A DNA stretch of 63,860 nucleotides, counting the filler, from Octopus bimaculoides (taxonomy: Eukaryota), in the NCBI RefSeq assembly GCF_001194135.2. It is 5 parts of 4 records of this genome, joined end to end, with 100 filler letters (N's around TTAATTAATTAA, not from the genome) between each part and the next. Parts side by side here need not be neighbours in the genome. Positions count along the whole stretch, not along the records: positions 1 to 30,889 come from NC_068985.1; positions 30,990 to 40,857 come from NC_068982.1; 3 more parts are not named here. One strand, given 5' to 3'. A program made the translations under genes and the position numbers. This document shows, piece by piece, positions 23,936 through 37,256 of this stretch. A model generated the notes under the pieces. That model had not been told where the DNA came from. It was given only the letters and a program-made list of their open reading frames with translations, and made no database searches. Numbering within the stretch: the stretch's first letter is position 1; every line of letters starts with the position of its first letter.

Positions 23936-26234
23936 AATACCCCCACATAGAATGGGTTACAATATGAGAATTCACACGAGCCAGCGAAGAAGCCTCTACG
24001 TGGTTTTTCAAACTACTTCAAATAACAACGAAATCTTTCTTGGGTCACCTTGATTCCTGTTCTATTCGGATGGACCCTCCTAGACGTTTTATATTTAAGA
24101 AATCATATATCTTTATGATTAAATACTATTAGGAATTGTATTGCATAAAAAATTGTTGAAATATTTTGTGTCTTGTAGAAGTATAAGTAATTTATTGCAC
24201 ATAGATTATAGCAACACAATCTTATATGGACCCCCAAGAACCACATGGTGCCCGGTTGAGAACAGTTGTTCTAACGTCCTGAAGATGGAAGGAAAATGTT
24301 GGATAATATTGCCCTAGCCATAGTTTTAAACTATGTCTAAGGCAATAATTTAGTTTTAATCAGACAGGATGGTCGCGGTTGGAATTCCTTTAATCATAGG
24401 TCTGATCAATCAGGGATGACCCAGGGTTAAACTACATACAACAAATACAACCCGTGTAACACGACATAGTCTCTGATGTGCGGTCTTTGTTCCTAAGCAT
24501 TTTTTAATTATCTCTAAAATAACCGAATATTAAATTATTTACGCTGATTTACATAGTATGTAGCAGAGATGATAAATACTTGTAAATATGATTATAGATT
24601 ATCATTCCAAAACAAATGACACTAAATATGTTTATATCGGACCATCAATTGAAACGCTTGAGCCGTTTGAATGCTGTCTCTTCTTGGGAAACATGAACTC
24701 ATTACCCCTATTAGACTGATCGTTGTTCACTCAGGCTGAAATCATAATTTAGTTCCTTAGTATCATATTGATATAAATAATTAAAGAGTAAACCGTTGCG
24801 TCAATCAGTTCGAAATGGCTGGCTGCCGAGCATCCCACGATAATATGTGCGTGGGAACGACAGCCGCCGCATTCTGATTTAAACCTATTTCGCCTGCATG
24901 TGCAGTGGCGTCCGTCATAATTGACTGGTGTACAAGAATAGACTAGGCAACGAAAGAAGCCTACCCAACTCTGTCAATCTCCACTTTCATAGTTCTACAT
25001 ATTGCAATTATACAAGAATAAATGGACTTGATGGTCATGACTTAAACACCTTTGATCATTGGTCTGAGAGCCAGAGCTAGGGATAAACAACAGTAACAGT
25101 TATAGTAGACACAACATGCCATTGGTTACTTTAAAAAAACAAATGTCATATGACTATTTAATGTGGCTATTTCTGATGTACCTCAGCTTATATTTCTAGT
25201 AAGAAATGCGAATATAATTATTCCATTTTCATAATCACGTAACTAATTTATTCGCCTGCACTCCATTGCTTCAAGTACCTTACATTCTACCACCATTCTT
25301 CACCTTACTATATTATTTAGTCATAAACTCCCACTACAGTTCACCTATAGGGTTTTCTGTAACATGTTACAGCTGTACCTCCCAAATGAGTTAACGGCGG
25401 AGCCGCTACATGGACATTCAGTTTACTTGGCACAGCAAGTAAATTTCCCCTGAACCGCACCCTACCGTCTACAAAAATACACATTGAATTTCGTAACCTT
25501 ACATAAAAATCACGAAACAATGACATTGAATGATCGGTGCTTAATAACAATGATACCCCCACCCCGCAAACACACACACACATACCTCATCGATTTACTT
25601 TTCATTAACATAGTACAATATATGTTACGTAGTACGGCCCTTCAGGAGAGCCTCCTAATTTCTTCCGCAGATCAATAACATAGAAAGAACATGCTTTCAA
25701 TAGCCATCTATGAATCATAAACCGTTAACAGGCAAGTTACTTGTAGTAGTTGTCTGGAGATAACATCCCATGAATCTGCTGTCTGACGAGAATCCCAGGT
25801 ATATTTCAGCCTAGTTGAGCTTTGTCAATGGCATGTACTGGCAGCCAGCCATCTGCATGCACGATATAGAAAACAACGAATAAAATAATCACCGTTATTG
25901 CAAAAAACCCACCTGACTGGATAAAAATCGGTATACGCAACTGAAGCAGTATGCAATTAGAATAATCATCGTTACATAATAATACATACTATCGTATTAT
26001 TCCAGAGACAAATTCTTTTATGGACGTGTTCCACGCTACTGGGACTACTTTTCGTCTCGTTCCAATATACGCTGTATCTTTAAACATATCATGTCCATAA
26101 CAGATGTCATCTCTGGTCAAATATCGCAGTAACTTACCAGTCAACGATGTATTTACTTTAAGTAACAGATGGCTATTTTGATGAAATAGTGCTTTTGTTA
26201 CTTATACTGAATGTGCTTATATCTTCCTTTCACC

Positions 26235-26430
26235 CTTTGTGTCTGTGTTTGCCCCCACCACCGCGTGATAACCAGTGTTGATGTGTTTACGTCCCCGTAA
26301 CTCAGCAGTTCGGAAAAAAGATCAACAGGCTTAAAAACGTAAGAACTGGGGTCGATTCTCGATTCGCTCTACTAAAATTCTTTAAAGCGGCACTTTAAAA
26401 TGGCCGCTGTGAAACAAGAAAAGGAAGATG
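26235..26430 (+). mobile_element. SINE family A, 3' part
   Basis: GTGTTTACGTCCCCGTAAC and CTGGGGTCGAT motifs. Other partial copies at 927-988(-), 17880-18030(+), 37880-38000(+), 57940-58050(-), 62415-62462(+). Confidence 0.7.
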
Positions 26431-26481
26431 TATATACATATATACATACATACATGTATGTATGTATATATATATATATAT

Positions 26482-26516
<35 letters not shown>

Positions 26517-27059
26517 TACACACAAACACACGTTATGATTAACACTACATCAGTGCTTTGAACTCGTATCTTTCAGACATAATGGAAGAGGAACAAGAAT
26601 GATAGCAATGAAAAAAGGCTCAAGCCCATGATGCCGATGTCAATGGTGTGAAACCAGCAGTTTACTAAATCCATGGTTTACTGACAGAGTTGTTCTAAAA
26701 GTTCTGAGGACAGAGTGCATCGCTAATAATAAAATCTCGTCTCTTAATTATTCTTTTCCATTCATTACGGATGGCGTCTCTGAGTGATCAACACTTTGAA
26801 TTATATTTTTTAATTAAAAAGATGTTGGCCAGTATCTCTATTACTACTGAAATACCAATCAACCGACGTGCTATGTTGTTGAGGTTAGAGAAAATCAACA
26901 ATCAAATGCGTCCCATCTATGAACATTCTACTTTGGAAATAAACATTATCCAATATTTCCTGCCAGTTTTAAGACGGAATGATGTTACTTTGGGGACTTG
27001 GGGTCGGATTATCTGCTATGTTTAACAAATAGAACGACCACATGGAGGCTCATTCATTC

Positions 27060-27440
<381 letters not shown>

Positions 27441-29541
27441 CTGTGTTAATATCTGGTATTTTTAAGGTGGTGAGCTAGCAGAATCGTTAGCACGCCGGGC
27501 TAAATGCTTAATGAGATTTTGTCCGTCTTTACATTCTGAGTTCAAATTGCGCCAAAGTTGGCATTGCCTATCATCCTTTCGGGGCCGATAAAATAAGTAC
27601 CAGATGAACCCTGGGGTTACTCAGCCCTTTCCTGAAATTGCTGGTCCTGAGCCAAGATTTGAAACCAATATCTGCTACAGTAGTTTGTGGTGGTAGTGTC
27701 ATTATGGTTTATCCTTAGGTCAGTAATGGCTGAATAAACTTTAAATACATTCAAGGCTTAACGACTCCATCTTTTTCTTAGATGCAGTGTGTCTTGAACC
27801 GTATTATCTAGTGTGAAAATCCTTTCTTAAAACACATTGAGTGTATTTTTGCGGATAATTTGGCAGCCATTACTTACAACTCCAGTGAACACAAAAGAAT
27901 TTATTTTCGCCTGTCTTTGTTGTTCTATAAAGCTGTTTTAAAAAGTATGACTAAAAGATGTGCCTTCCTCCCCAACTCTCCTGTCAAATTGTAAAAAGCC
28001 GAGTTGCTAGTTGGCCGAATTAGGTTTCAACGTTGAACAGGTGCAGCCACTTACATAGTAACTCTGCCAGGTTCTCTCAGACATATAGCCATATATTAAG
28101 TTGTATACCAATACTTATTAATGATATGTGAATGTAAATGCTGAACTCTAGATGAGATGCAATGGATATGCATGGCATGTGGATTCACTCTCTAGAGCGA
28201 GGACACATGACATGCATACGATTTAAAAGAATGACATGTTGAAGTTATATTTAGCATGTTGAACATGGAGAAAGAATAACACAGTACTGTTCAAACTACA
28301 ACCAACTGCTTTAAATATTGAAATGACACATGGGATAACGTAGTCCTACATACATTAACAGGGTGGTCACGGTTGGAATATTGTTGATCACAGATTTGTT
28401 AGATTAGGGTTTGGCCTGATCTAAGCAACAAAAAACTACTGCTTTATGGAAGAAACTGCGCAATATTTCCCAGTATTTTTATGTTTATATTTTTTTCTCT
28501 TACCGTAAAAATCCGGATACGCGCTTCTGTGAAGAATAACATAAATTACAATTATCTATTCTTTTTTAAACTGCCAAATCTGTTCAGTGAAGGATTGCAT
28601 GATTTATAAGCCATCCATAAGACAGAACTTTCTTCTTGCATGCTGCAATGATATTACAGATAAAGACGTTTAAAGTGACACACACGCACAAACACACACA
28701 ATCACACACGCACGCACGCACACATGCAAACACACACACGCACACGCGCGCGCATAATGAAGAGGGAGAAAAAACTATTTAACGCCTAAAATGAAAAGAA
28801 ATTGTAAAAGACCTTTTAAAAAGTACAAATCAGATAAAAGAAATACAAAAACAATTCAGAGAATAGTGGTGAAGAAGGATGCAGGAGGGAGTTGATATAA
28901 TAATTCCAAGAAGTGAACGTAAAAAGCGGAGGTGGTGGCTAAAAATGTGCGAGGTGTATCAGATTGTTTAAAGATTAATGTTAAAGAAAAGATAATCCAG
29001 GCAACATGAAAGACATCACATACACACATACACGCACATTCATATACAATCACGCACACAGATATTTCAATGTAACGGCAAACTTTAACAAAAGAAAAAA
29101 AAAACAAGCCACGTACGTTATAAAGCCAGAAGGAATGGAATAATAACAAGAACAAAAAAACCTATTAATGAGATGTCAAGGCGTGAAGTAAATTCTAAAT
29201 AATTCCTCTGAAGTCTTGTAAAAAAAAAAAAAGAAAGTCTTCTTAAGAAAAAATCGTTATTTTCGAAAACACAAGCGAACACGCACACACGCACGTACTC
29301 GCATGGACATGAAATAGCGTGGAAGATTTCACATATAAAATGTATATTACAAACAGGCATTTTATGTATGTATAAAGTATATAAAAACATAATATACTAT
29401 GTGTGTGTATATGTGTACGCATGCGTGTCTATAGGTATGTTATGTGCGTGTGAGGAAAAGCGAAACACAAAGCAGGATAACTCGCATAACATGGCAGTAA
29501 TGTTTCACGTGTTTATAAATATAAATAGGTTCTTTATGCAT

Positions 29542-29603
<62 letters not shown>

Positions 29604-29937
29604 NNNNNNNNNNNNNNNNNNNNNNNNNNNNNNNNNNNNNNNNNNNNNNNNNNNNNNNNNNNNNNNNNNNNNNNNNNNNNNNNNNNNNNNNNNNNNNNNN
29701 NNNNNNNNNNNNNNNNNNNNNNNNNNNNNNNNNNNNNNNNNNNNNNNNNNNNNNNNNNNNNNNNNNNNNNNNNNNNNNNNNNNNNNNNNNNNNNNNNNNN
29801 NNNNNNNNNNNNNNNNNNNNNNNNNNNNNNNNNNNNNNNNNNNNNNNNNNNNNNNNNNNNNNNNNNNNNNNNNNNNNNNNNNNNNNNNNNNNNNNNNNNN
29901 NNNNNNNNNNNNTATATACATATATATATATATATAC

Positions 29938-29994
<57 letters not shown>

Positions 29995-30002
29995 TGTGTG
30001 TG

Positions 30003-30345
30003 GTTGTCTACTTCTTATGCAGAGTCTGACCACTTCTTGTACCTACACCTTAGATTCATCATGGCGTCTCATGTGTCTTTTTAAACTAGACAATGTATTG
30101 AAAAGACACCTACATATCCGATTGGGCCACAGTATCCGATTCAGACCTCCAAGAGCTGCAATTAAATTCCGATGTTCGTGTATCTTAAAATGTCTTTTGA
30201 GGCCTCCGTTAGAATTGCAGACATTGTGACATACACGGCATTGAAAGGTGTACACAGAATAGTGTACAGAATAGGTAGAATAGTTGGTGGTCGTTCGTTT
30301 TTCATCGGTCCTCCTTGAGATTTGAGCCCAGCAAAAGAAAGTCAT
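30003..30345 (-). mobile_element. RTE-type LINE 3' end with two C2H2-like zinc fingers (alternative: C2H2-ZNF pseudogene)
   Basis: FQCRVCHNVCNSNGGLKRHFKIH and ICRCLFNTLSSLKRHMRRH, stop, short UTR, (CA)n. Confidence 0.55.
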
Positions 30346-30389
30346 GTTCTCTCACAAACTGTGCACACTCTATATATATATATATATAG

Positions 30390-30889
30390 GAGAATGTACG
30401 AAAAAAAAACAACAGACGAGGACAGGTGGTGTAAACAACAAAAGGATGTATTAGTATGACGCTCGGGAATACGGAAAGTCTTTAACGTTTCGAGCTACCC
30501 TCTTCAACAGAAAGAATATGGAGAAAACAAGGAGAAAAACACGGAGAAAAAAATTGAATGGTGTTTAGTCAACGATCTATCATGACTACTGTCATGGCTT
30601 CTGCTGACCGGAAGTTGGAAAGTTTACACAGGAGAGCTAAGAAAAGGGGGAGATAACAAAGCGGGAGAAAGAACGGTGATCGAAGAACAAGGAGCTGTGT
30701 GTGTAGAGAGAGAGAGAATGCTGGTGATCTGGACGTATGCATGTGTGAAAATGGGGAGGGGAGAAAGGAGTTGGTCAGTTGTAGTGTGCGTGGTGTGATG
30801 TGAGGGTGTTGGGAAGTGGGGAAGGCATGGGTGGAGTGTGGGTTAGGCTGAGGGTGAGGGTAGAGGTAGGGGTATGTGGGTATGGGTGG
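30390..30889 (-). mobile_element. Longer copy of the same Penelope-type pseudo-LTR repeat
   Basis: Reverse complement matches 19160-19350 (GACTTTCCGTATTCCCGAGCGTCATACTAAT, ACACCACCTGTCCTCGTCTGTTGTT); hammerhead at 30479-30515; extends to the N gap. Confidence 0.7.
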
Positions 30890-30989
30890 NNNNNNNNNNN
30901 NNNNNNNNNNNNNNNNNNNNNNNNNNNNNNNNNTTAATTAATTAANNNNNNNNNNNNNNNNNNNNNNNNNNNNNNNNNNNNNNNNNNNN
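30890..30989. other. Assembly gap of 100 nt with TTAATTAATTAA spacer
   Basis: 44 N + TTAATTAATTAA + 44 N; the same marker recurs at 40902, 58448 and 61854. Confidence 0.95.
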
Positions 30990-31130
30990 CAAGGAATCGA
31001 AACTGCGATCCTATGACCGGGAGTCCGCTGCCCTAACCACTAGGCTATTGCGCTTCCACAGGCAGACACTCACAACCACACACACACACACACACACACA
31101 TACACACATACGCTTACTAGGTTCGGCTGA

Positions 31131-31172
31131 TCTACATTGATAAGGGGCAATACCCCGAAACTAGTCTGCAGA
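31131..31172 (+). ncRNA. Degenerate minimal hammerhead ribozyme motif (second family)
   Basis: TCTACA-TTGATAA-GGGG(CAATA)CCCC-GAAAC-TA-GTC-TGCAGA; palindromic ACTAGT stem III. Confidence 0.55.
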
Positions 31173-31887
31173 TGCCAGACGAGCAAGGGAAAGCGGCTGA
31201 CCTCCCCTGTTCGAAAGTTATAATGGACACAGGTTCGTGTGCCACATAGCTAGCTAGAGGCGATGGCCTCTTGGAGCTAATCAACGGCAGCTTTTGTCCT
31301 ACTTTTTGGATTGTCTTGTTGGCTTGGCGATAACNNNNNNNNNNNNNNNNNNNNNNNNNNNNNNNNNNNNNNNNNNNNNNNNNNNNNNNNNNNNNNNNNN
31401 NNNNNNNNNNNNNNNNNNNNNNNNNNNNNNNNNNNNNNNNNNNNNNNNNNNNNNNNNNNNTATCTGTAACTAGAGAGGAGGATTATCAGAAAGAGAGAGA
31501 GAGAGAGACGGAAACAGAAATGATTATATAGTCAATTTTCTCAAATACACACTTGCCATGAAGAAAAACATGTTACGAATAGTTCCTTTATCCTGACAAC
31601 CCTTTACTTGTTACTGAATGCATTGAATGAAAAATTATGAATTACTATTACAGCTGAATCGCATATTAACCCTAATTTCTCAAGCTACATTTGTTACGTG
31701 ATACTTCTTTGTAATAACTAACACTGTTCAATCATTTTATCAATATATAAAACCCACGCTATTTCTTTGAATGAAGATAACATTCTCCGAAAAGCACGTG
31801 GGAACATAATACATGATAATTTCTTCTGAATGTTTTATATTTACAGAATAACAAAATTGCTCCTCAAAGCATAACTGTTCTATACAG

Positions 31888-31972
31888 GGCCAGTCATTCC
31901 TGAGCTTTGTTCAGATACTAACTCGCTACAACGCTCATTTGAGAGCCTCGATGGAATACTTATCTCATTCTG
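31888..31972 (+). CDS. Candidate exon (speculative)
   Basis: CTGTTCTATACAG acceptor and CTG|GTAAGC donor; two open frames. No homology recognised. Confidence 0.2.
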
Positions 31973-32158
31973 GTAAGCCATTGTTACAGAACATTCACGC
32001 GTGCTAGATCGTTTCTGGAAATCTAACCGACACGCTAAACAAAACCTAAACTACCAACACATTAAAATCTCTAACCCATTAACATTATGACTCTACACTC
32101 TGCCCTTTGCATCAGAACCGATATTTTTGATCTCCAGATATAAGAAATTTCAAAATTC

Positions 32159-33040
32159 AAGGGGTATTCCAGAAGTTTCGAGACTATGGAGAGAGGTAGT
32201 TATCTCTGTCCTAGATTATTGTAATTTTTGTCTATCATTATCATATGCTTAATATGATGATCTGCTAATTTTTGTTATTATGGATTGAAGGAAACGACTG
32301 CAATACTGTTGTGAAAACGTCGATCTAAACACTGTTGGTCGCAGCAGACTAGTTTGCAGAATGCAGTCGGGGGCCTTCGAAAGCTCGCTATGCAATAAAA
32401 ATTGGTGTTACATTAAGAAATGACGTTACAGGAACTTATGAAATACACCAGACTGCCTATACATTAAATTACTCGCTCTATCACAATTAGTCGAAGAGGA
32501 AGTGAGAGATTATGGGAGGTGCTGGAATGAAAGGGACATCAGAACATTAGAGGCTGATTGAGAAAACTTTCGATTTTTAGGATTAGGATCATTATGTGTC
32601 CATAAAGATAATAGGCATGCAATTTGGAGTTGGTGTGACAGCTGTACATATAATTATTCATGGAGAGTTCAACAGTCGCAAACTTTATGCAAAGTTTTTC
32701 TCAAGGTGCTTTGTGAATAACATCTTGGTAACCAACTATTTGACAGAGATATACATCAAAATACCTCATCAGTCCAGATTCGTGACTTTTGGTCGTTTCC
32801 CAAGCTGAAGGAGAACACCAGTAGAAGTCAGTTTGAATATCAAGGAAGTTGTGATAAAGGTCCTGGAAGCGTTCACCTTAGCGGACTTCTATGGAGCCTT
32901 TACAAATCGGTTGGAACGCTACAACAGATGCATTGAAATCAGAGGGTACTACTTTGAAGGAGATTAGAATTTTGTACTTCTTTGAAGTTAATAAATGTCT
33001 CTCCTGAAAAAATAATACCAAAATTTCTGGAATATACCTT
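32159..33040 (+). mobile_element. Internally deleted mariner element
   Basis: Imperfect TIRs AGGGGTATTCCAGAAGTTTCG ... AAATTTCTGGAATATACCT. C-terminal mariner peptide LERYNRCIEIRGYYFEGD* at ~32910-32967. Confidence 0.7.
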
Positions 33041-34824
33041 CTACATACTTCCCCCCAAGTCTCCCTGGCAAACTTATCTCTCCTTCTTAAATCACCTATA
33101 CTCTACCTGCTCATTCTCTATCCCAAAGCCCCGCATCAACTTAGAAGTGTGTATGTTATTTCTTCCCCAGAACGGCACACATGTATAATTCTCTCCATAC
33201 TTCCGATTTTGTTTCTTTCAAATGATGGGTTCTTTTATGTCCATGTTGAACATCAACCCTATCAAACCTTGAGGCATTTGGTGGTCCAGCGAAGGTCATT
33301 GGCACAATCCAAAGCTTGTGACTGCACTTTAAAAACTCATGCTATATATTAACAACATATTTAGATATGTTATGATATTTACCTGGTTCCTAGTGCTTTA
33401 TAGATAGTGTAATAAACAGAGTGACTGAAAAATTAACATTTACCTGATAAAAAATTTGTAGTTAAAAATATTAAGTGATTCTAAATACTAGCTTTAACAC
33501 GTAAGTAGATAATTTCTCACCGAACTCTCGAAAGAGGCATGAAAAAAAAAATAGGTAACAAGATATATTCTACGAAAACAAATTTTACTTACATTTCAAC
33601 ATCTCTGCGTGATGGAAAGTGTTGTAAAATATAATCTAAACTGATAATGCATAGATAAACAGCTAAGTGGTTTGTTACAACAAATTCCTGTTTAAGAAAA
33701 TAAAATTACTACAAATGGATCTTCCGTCTGTTTCGACAATGAGCATTTCGGGTGAGTTATTACCAAAGCAACTTGCATATTTTCTCAGCCCTTAAATGGA
33801 TGAGTATTCCATAGCCAGTTGTACGCTTAAATTAAACCTCAAGTAGAAATCTGCGTGACATAGTGTATGACAAAGCATTCTATTTAAATTACAGTTACAG
33901 TCTATCAGATGAACTTCACTCACTCATTCTATCTATTCACTTTCATTCCCAAACCTGGTGTTGATCCGAAGTAATGGCAGAATCGCAAGATATCATTCAG
34001 TTGTATCGAATCCAGGACCTCAAAGTTTCAGAACAAACTAGATAGCTTTTCATTTATAACTGCGCCCATACTGCAACAAGCTTCTTTATATGTGAATGGG
34101 CATTTGGTTGTACACTAAACCAAGAAAAGTTGTTGATAAATATTGATTTTTTAATACAGAGAAAGAAAATCAGCGAGCTGGCAAAGTCATTAGCACAGCA
34201 CATGAAATATTCAACAGCGTTTTGTTTGTTTTTACGTTACGAGTTCAAATTCTTCCGACTTTTTTTTTTCTTTTATCTTTCCGGTGTTGATAACATAAGT
34301 GTCCGTAGAACGCTGGGGTTGATGTAACCGACTTTCCTCTTGCTCCAAAATCGTTGGTCCTGTTCCAAAATTTGAAAGCAACAAAGGGAAAATGCATCTC
34401 ATTCCAGAGAGAAAGGGAAAATTTTGTAAGTTCTACTAGGCTCCATTACAATGTCTTCGGGAAAATAAATGCCAATTTTGAACGTTTTATGCCATACCAA
34501 CCTTCATATATAGATATACTGATTTCCAACATAACTATAGGATTATAAATCTTGTAGGCACGGGTTAAATACATTTTTTCTAATGAAAAACAGTTAACCT
34601 CATCAAGCTCTAAAATAAGAGCGGAAATAGATTTACGAAACAGAGCAATCCATTTTCTGACGGTCTACTTTGCAACTCGGGAAATGTTAACATGAGATTG
34701 AAAAGGGCTTTTACCAAAAAAAGCGAAGAATTATGAAGGGTTTTTAACATATTTATTTCAAATGAATATACTTATAAAAAATTCCTATATGAAAAGATAA
34801 TTCGAATTCGTGTAACATGTTATG

Positions 34825-35053
34825 TATTCGGCTGGTGCATAATTATTATGGTGTTTTTTCAATAAATTTATTCAGCAGAAAAAAATAACATGTAACAAAA
34901 ACATCCTTAAATTATTATTCTGGAGCATCTTCACCATCTATTTCAATTACTGCTTTCCATTTGCTTGGCAGACGGTAGACCGTCGTTTAAAGATGTTTTT
35001 GTTGAATAGAATTTGTTGTAAAAAAGCCGCAATAATTATGCACCAACCCAATA
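34825..35053 (-). mobile_element. Mariner-derived MITE (Hsmar1/MADE-like TIRs)
   Basis: TIRs TATTCGGCTGGTGCATAATTATT / AATAATTATGCACCAACCCAATA. The interior retains the transposase C-terminus VYRLPSKWKAVIEIDGEDAPE* on the minus strand. Confidence 0.8.
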
Positions 35054-35717
35054 ATAAGTTATTTAACGTGTGCTGCTCAAATATGAATTGTTAATAGTAT
35101 GCTATTGTCATCTATGATAAATGTATCAGAATTTAAAGACCAATAAAGTGAAGGAATATTTTACTTGTCAAAAACTTTTGCAATCAAATATTGCCGCAGA
35201 GGATTTTGTAGTCAATCCAACTGAAATCGACAAATGAAATACAATATAGAATTTTCTATTAGTTTTCTGTTTCTTTTCAATGTAACTTTTCTTGATGGCC
35301 GTAAGTAAGCCCGGAAAACCATTCAAAAGCCTAGCCCACCATCCTCATTTATTTGACCACTCCCTCATTCACGTTTTTGTCTGCAGATTAAACGAATACT
35401 ATGGCATAATGAAAACCCGATGGCCTCAGCACCACCAACAACGTATCGTCGGTCATATATTCACACCAATTTGAATGAATATTCGACTGGTGTGTGTCCA
35501 GAGCTAGATCTGAAAACGGATGTTGTCATGTGTAGGATACTCTGCTGGAGATGAAGAGAACGGGAGGTAGGACAGCTACGGAACCATACTTCTCCATGTA
35601 AAGTGTGAGCATTTGGAGAAGTTCCCCGATTTCAACTCTCTGCCGAATGGAGAGCAGAAAATCGAGACACCATGAGAGTGGAACAATCAATTGTCTCTAA
35701 AACAATGAAACGTGAAG

Positions 35718-35940
35718 CAGCAGTAGCAGTAGCAGTAGTAGTAGTAGTAGTAGTAGTCTACTTAGCAGGTATTCTATCTTAAGGCTTGGTGACACAAATT
35801 CTCCTCAACTTCCAATCAGCCTTTGGATTCTTGAATGTTTATAAGATCGTTGCTTTCCACAACGCATGTTTCAATTCCAATTTCTTTCAGTCTTTTAGGT
35901 AGCATCTCTGATGCTGTGCGAAGTGTACCTATTCTTCCTT
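35718..35940 (-). mobile_element. Degraded R4/Dong-like 3' end with (TAC)n tail
   Basis: IGTLRTASEMLPKRLKEIGIET on the minus strand, a short 3' UTR, then (TAC/TGC)n. Confidence 0.5.
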
Positions 35941-36562
35941 CACCAGGGATATCTAAATATAAACGCTTCATCCAAATGTAAAATTTGTATTATCTAATCC
36001 CTTTGTCTGAAGAATTTCTAGTAGGACATTTTCTACGTGCTTATCTAACATATAAAACTTTGTAACTCCAATTAGCAAATGAAACACGTGTAATGGTGAA
36101 TAAATAGTATAAAAAAATTGCTTGTTTACTGTTTTGTTATANNNNNNNNNNNNNNNNNNNNNNNNNNNNNNNNNNNNNNNNNNNNNNNNNNNNNNNNNNN
36201 NNNNNNNNNNNNNNNNNNNNNNNNNNNNNNNNNNNNNNNNNNNNNNNNNNNNNNNNNNNNNNNNNNNNNNNNNNNNNNNNNNNNNNNNNNNNNNNNNNNN
36301 NNNNNNNNNNNNNNNNNNNNNNNNNNNNNNNNNNNNNNNNNNNNNNNNNNNNNNNNNNNNNNNNNNNNNNNNNNNNNNNNNNNNNNNNNNNNNNNNNNNN
36401 NNNATATATGTAAACAAGAATATTATTGTTAGTCAATTCGAGGTTTGGGCTGGTTGAGTCATCGTCGGACTTGTCAATAATATTTGCATTTAATAAATTT
36501 GTACTCAACAAATGTACAGAGTAACGCTTCGGATTAATGTAACATTGTTTTTATTATAACAG

Positions 36563-36598
<36 letters not shown>

Positions 36599-37042
36599 CG
36601 CACACACACACACGTGCGCGCACACACACACACGGCTTAAATTAAATTTGAAAGACTCCAATATGTAACTAAATTACAGTTAGAAATTGGAGCGCGTATA
36701 TATTCTCATGGTACAACTAAATTTATTCACATTATCATATTTATTTTTTACACGCTAAAAGCTTTTCATTGCGTGCAAGACTTTTCCGTCATTCCTTAAA
36801 TTCTTTGGATTTCAGTTAACATAACGAATGATGATTAATATGATACAAGCAGCGCTTAACCACGATCACTTAAGTCGCAGCAAAACTGAGCGTAATTGAG
36901 TGCGATGCCACGTGTAATAAGCATCCAAATGGTTTTGTTGGGTTCCATAGTGTATACAGACAAATTGTTTCAGAAACCGTGTTCAATGTGTCTTTCCGTT
37001 TGTGTTACCTATACTATCAGCTGAACATATATTTACAATTTT

Positions 37043-37256
37043 AAGGCGGCGAACTAGCAGAAACGTTAGCACGCCGGGCGAAATGCTTAACGGTATTTCG
37101 TCTGTCTTTACGTTCTGAGTTCAAATTCCGCCGAGTTAGACTTTACCTTTCATCCTTTCGGGATCGATAAATTAAGTACCAATTGCGTCCTGGGGTCGAT
37201 CAAATCGACTGGCTCCCTTCCCAAAATTTCGGGCCTTGTGCCTAAAGTAGAAAAGA
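37043..37256 (+). mobile_element. SINE family B
   Basis: Same head and domain; near-perfect TSD ATATATT(T/A)ACAATTTT. Confidence 0.9.

Noticed and set aside
30934-30945. Isolated palindrome TTAATTAATTAA recurring at 30934, 40902, 58448 and 61854
   Set aside because: Always embedded in 44 N on each side (100-nt gap) and gives stops in all six frames; a scaffolding marker, not biology.
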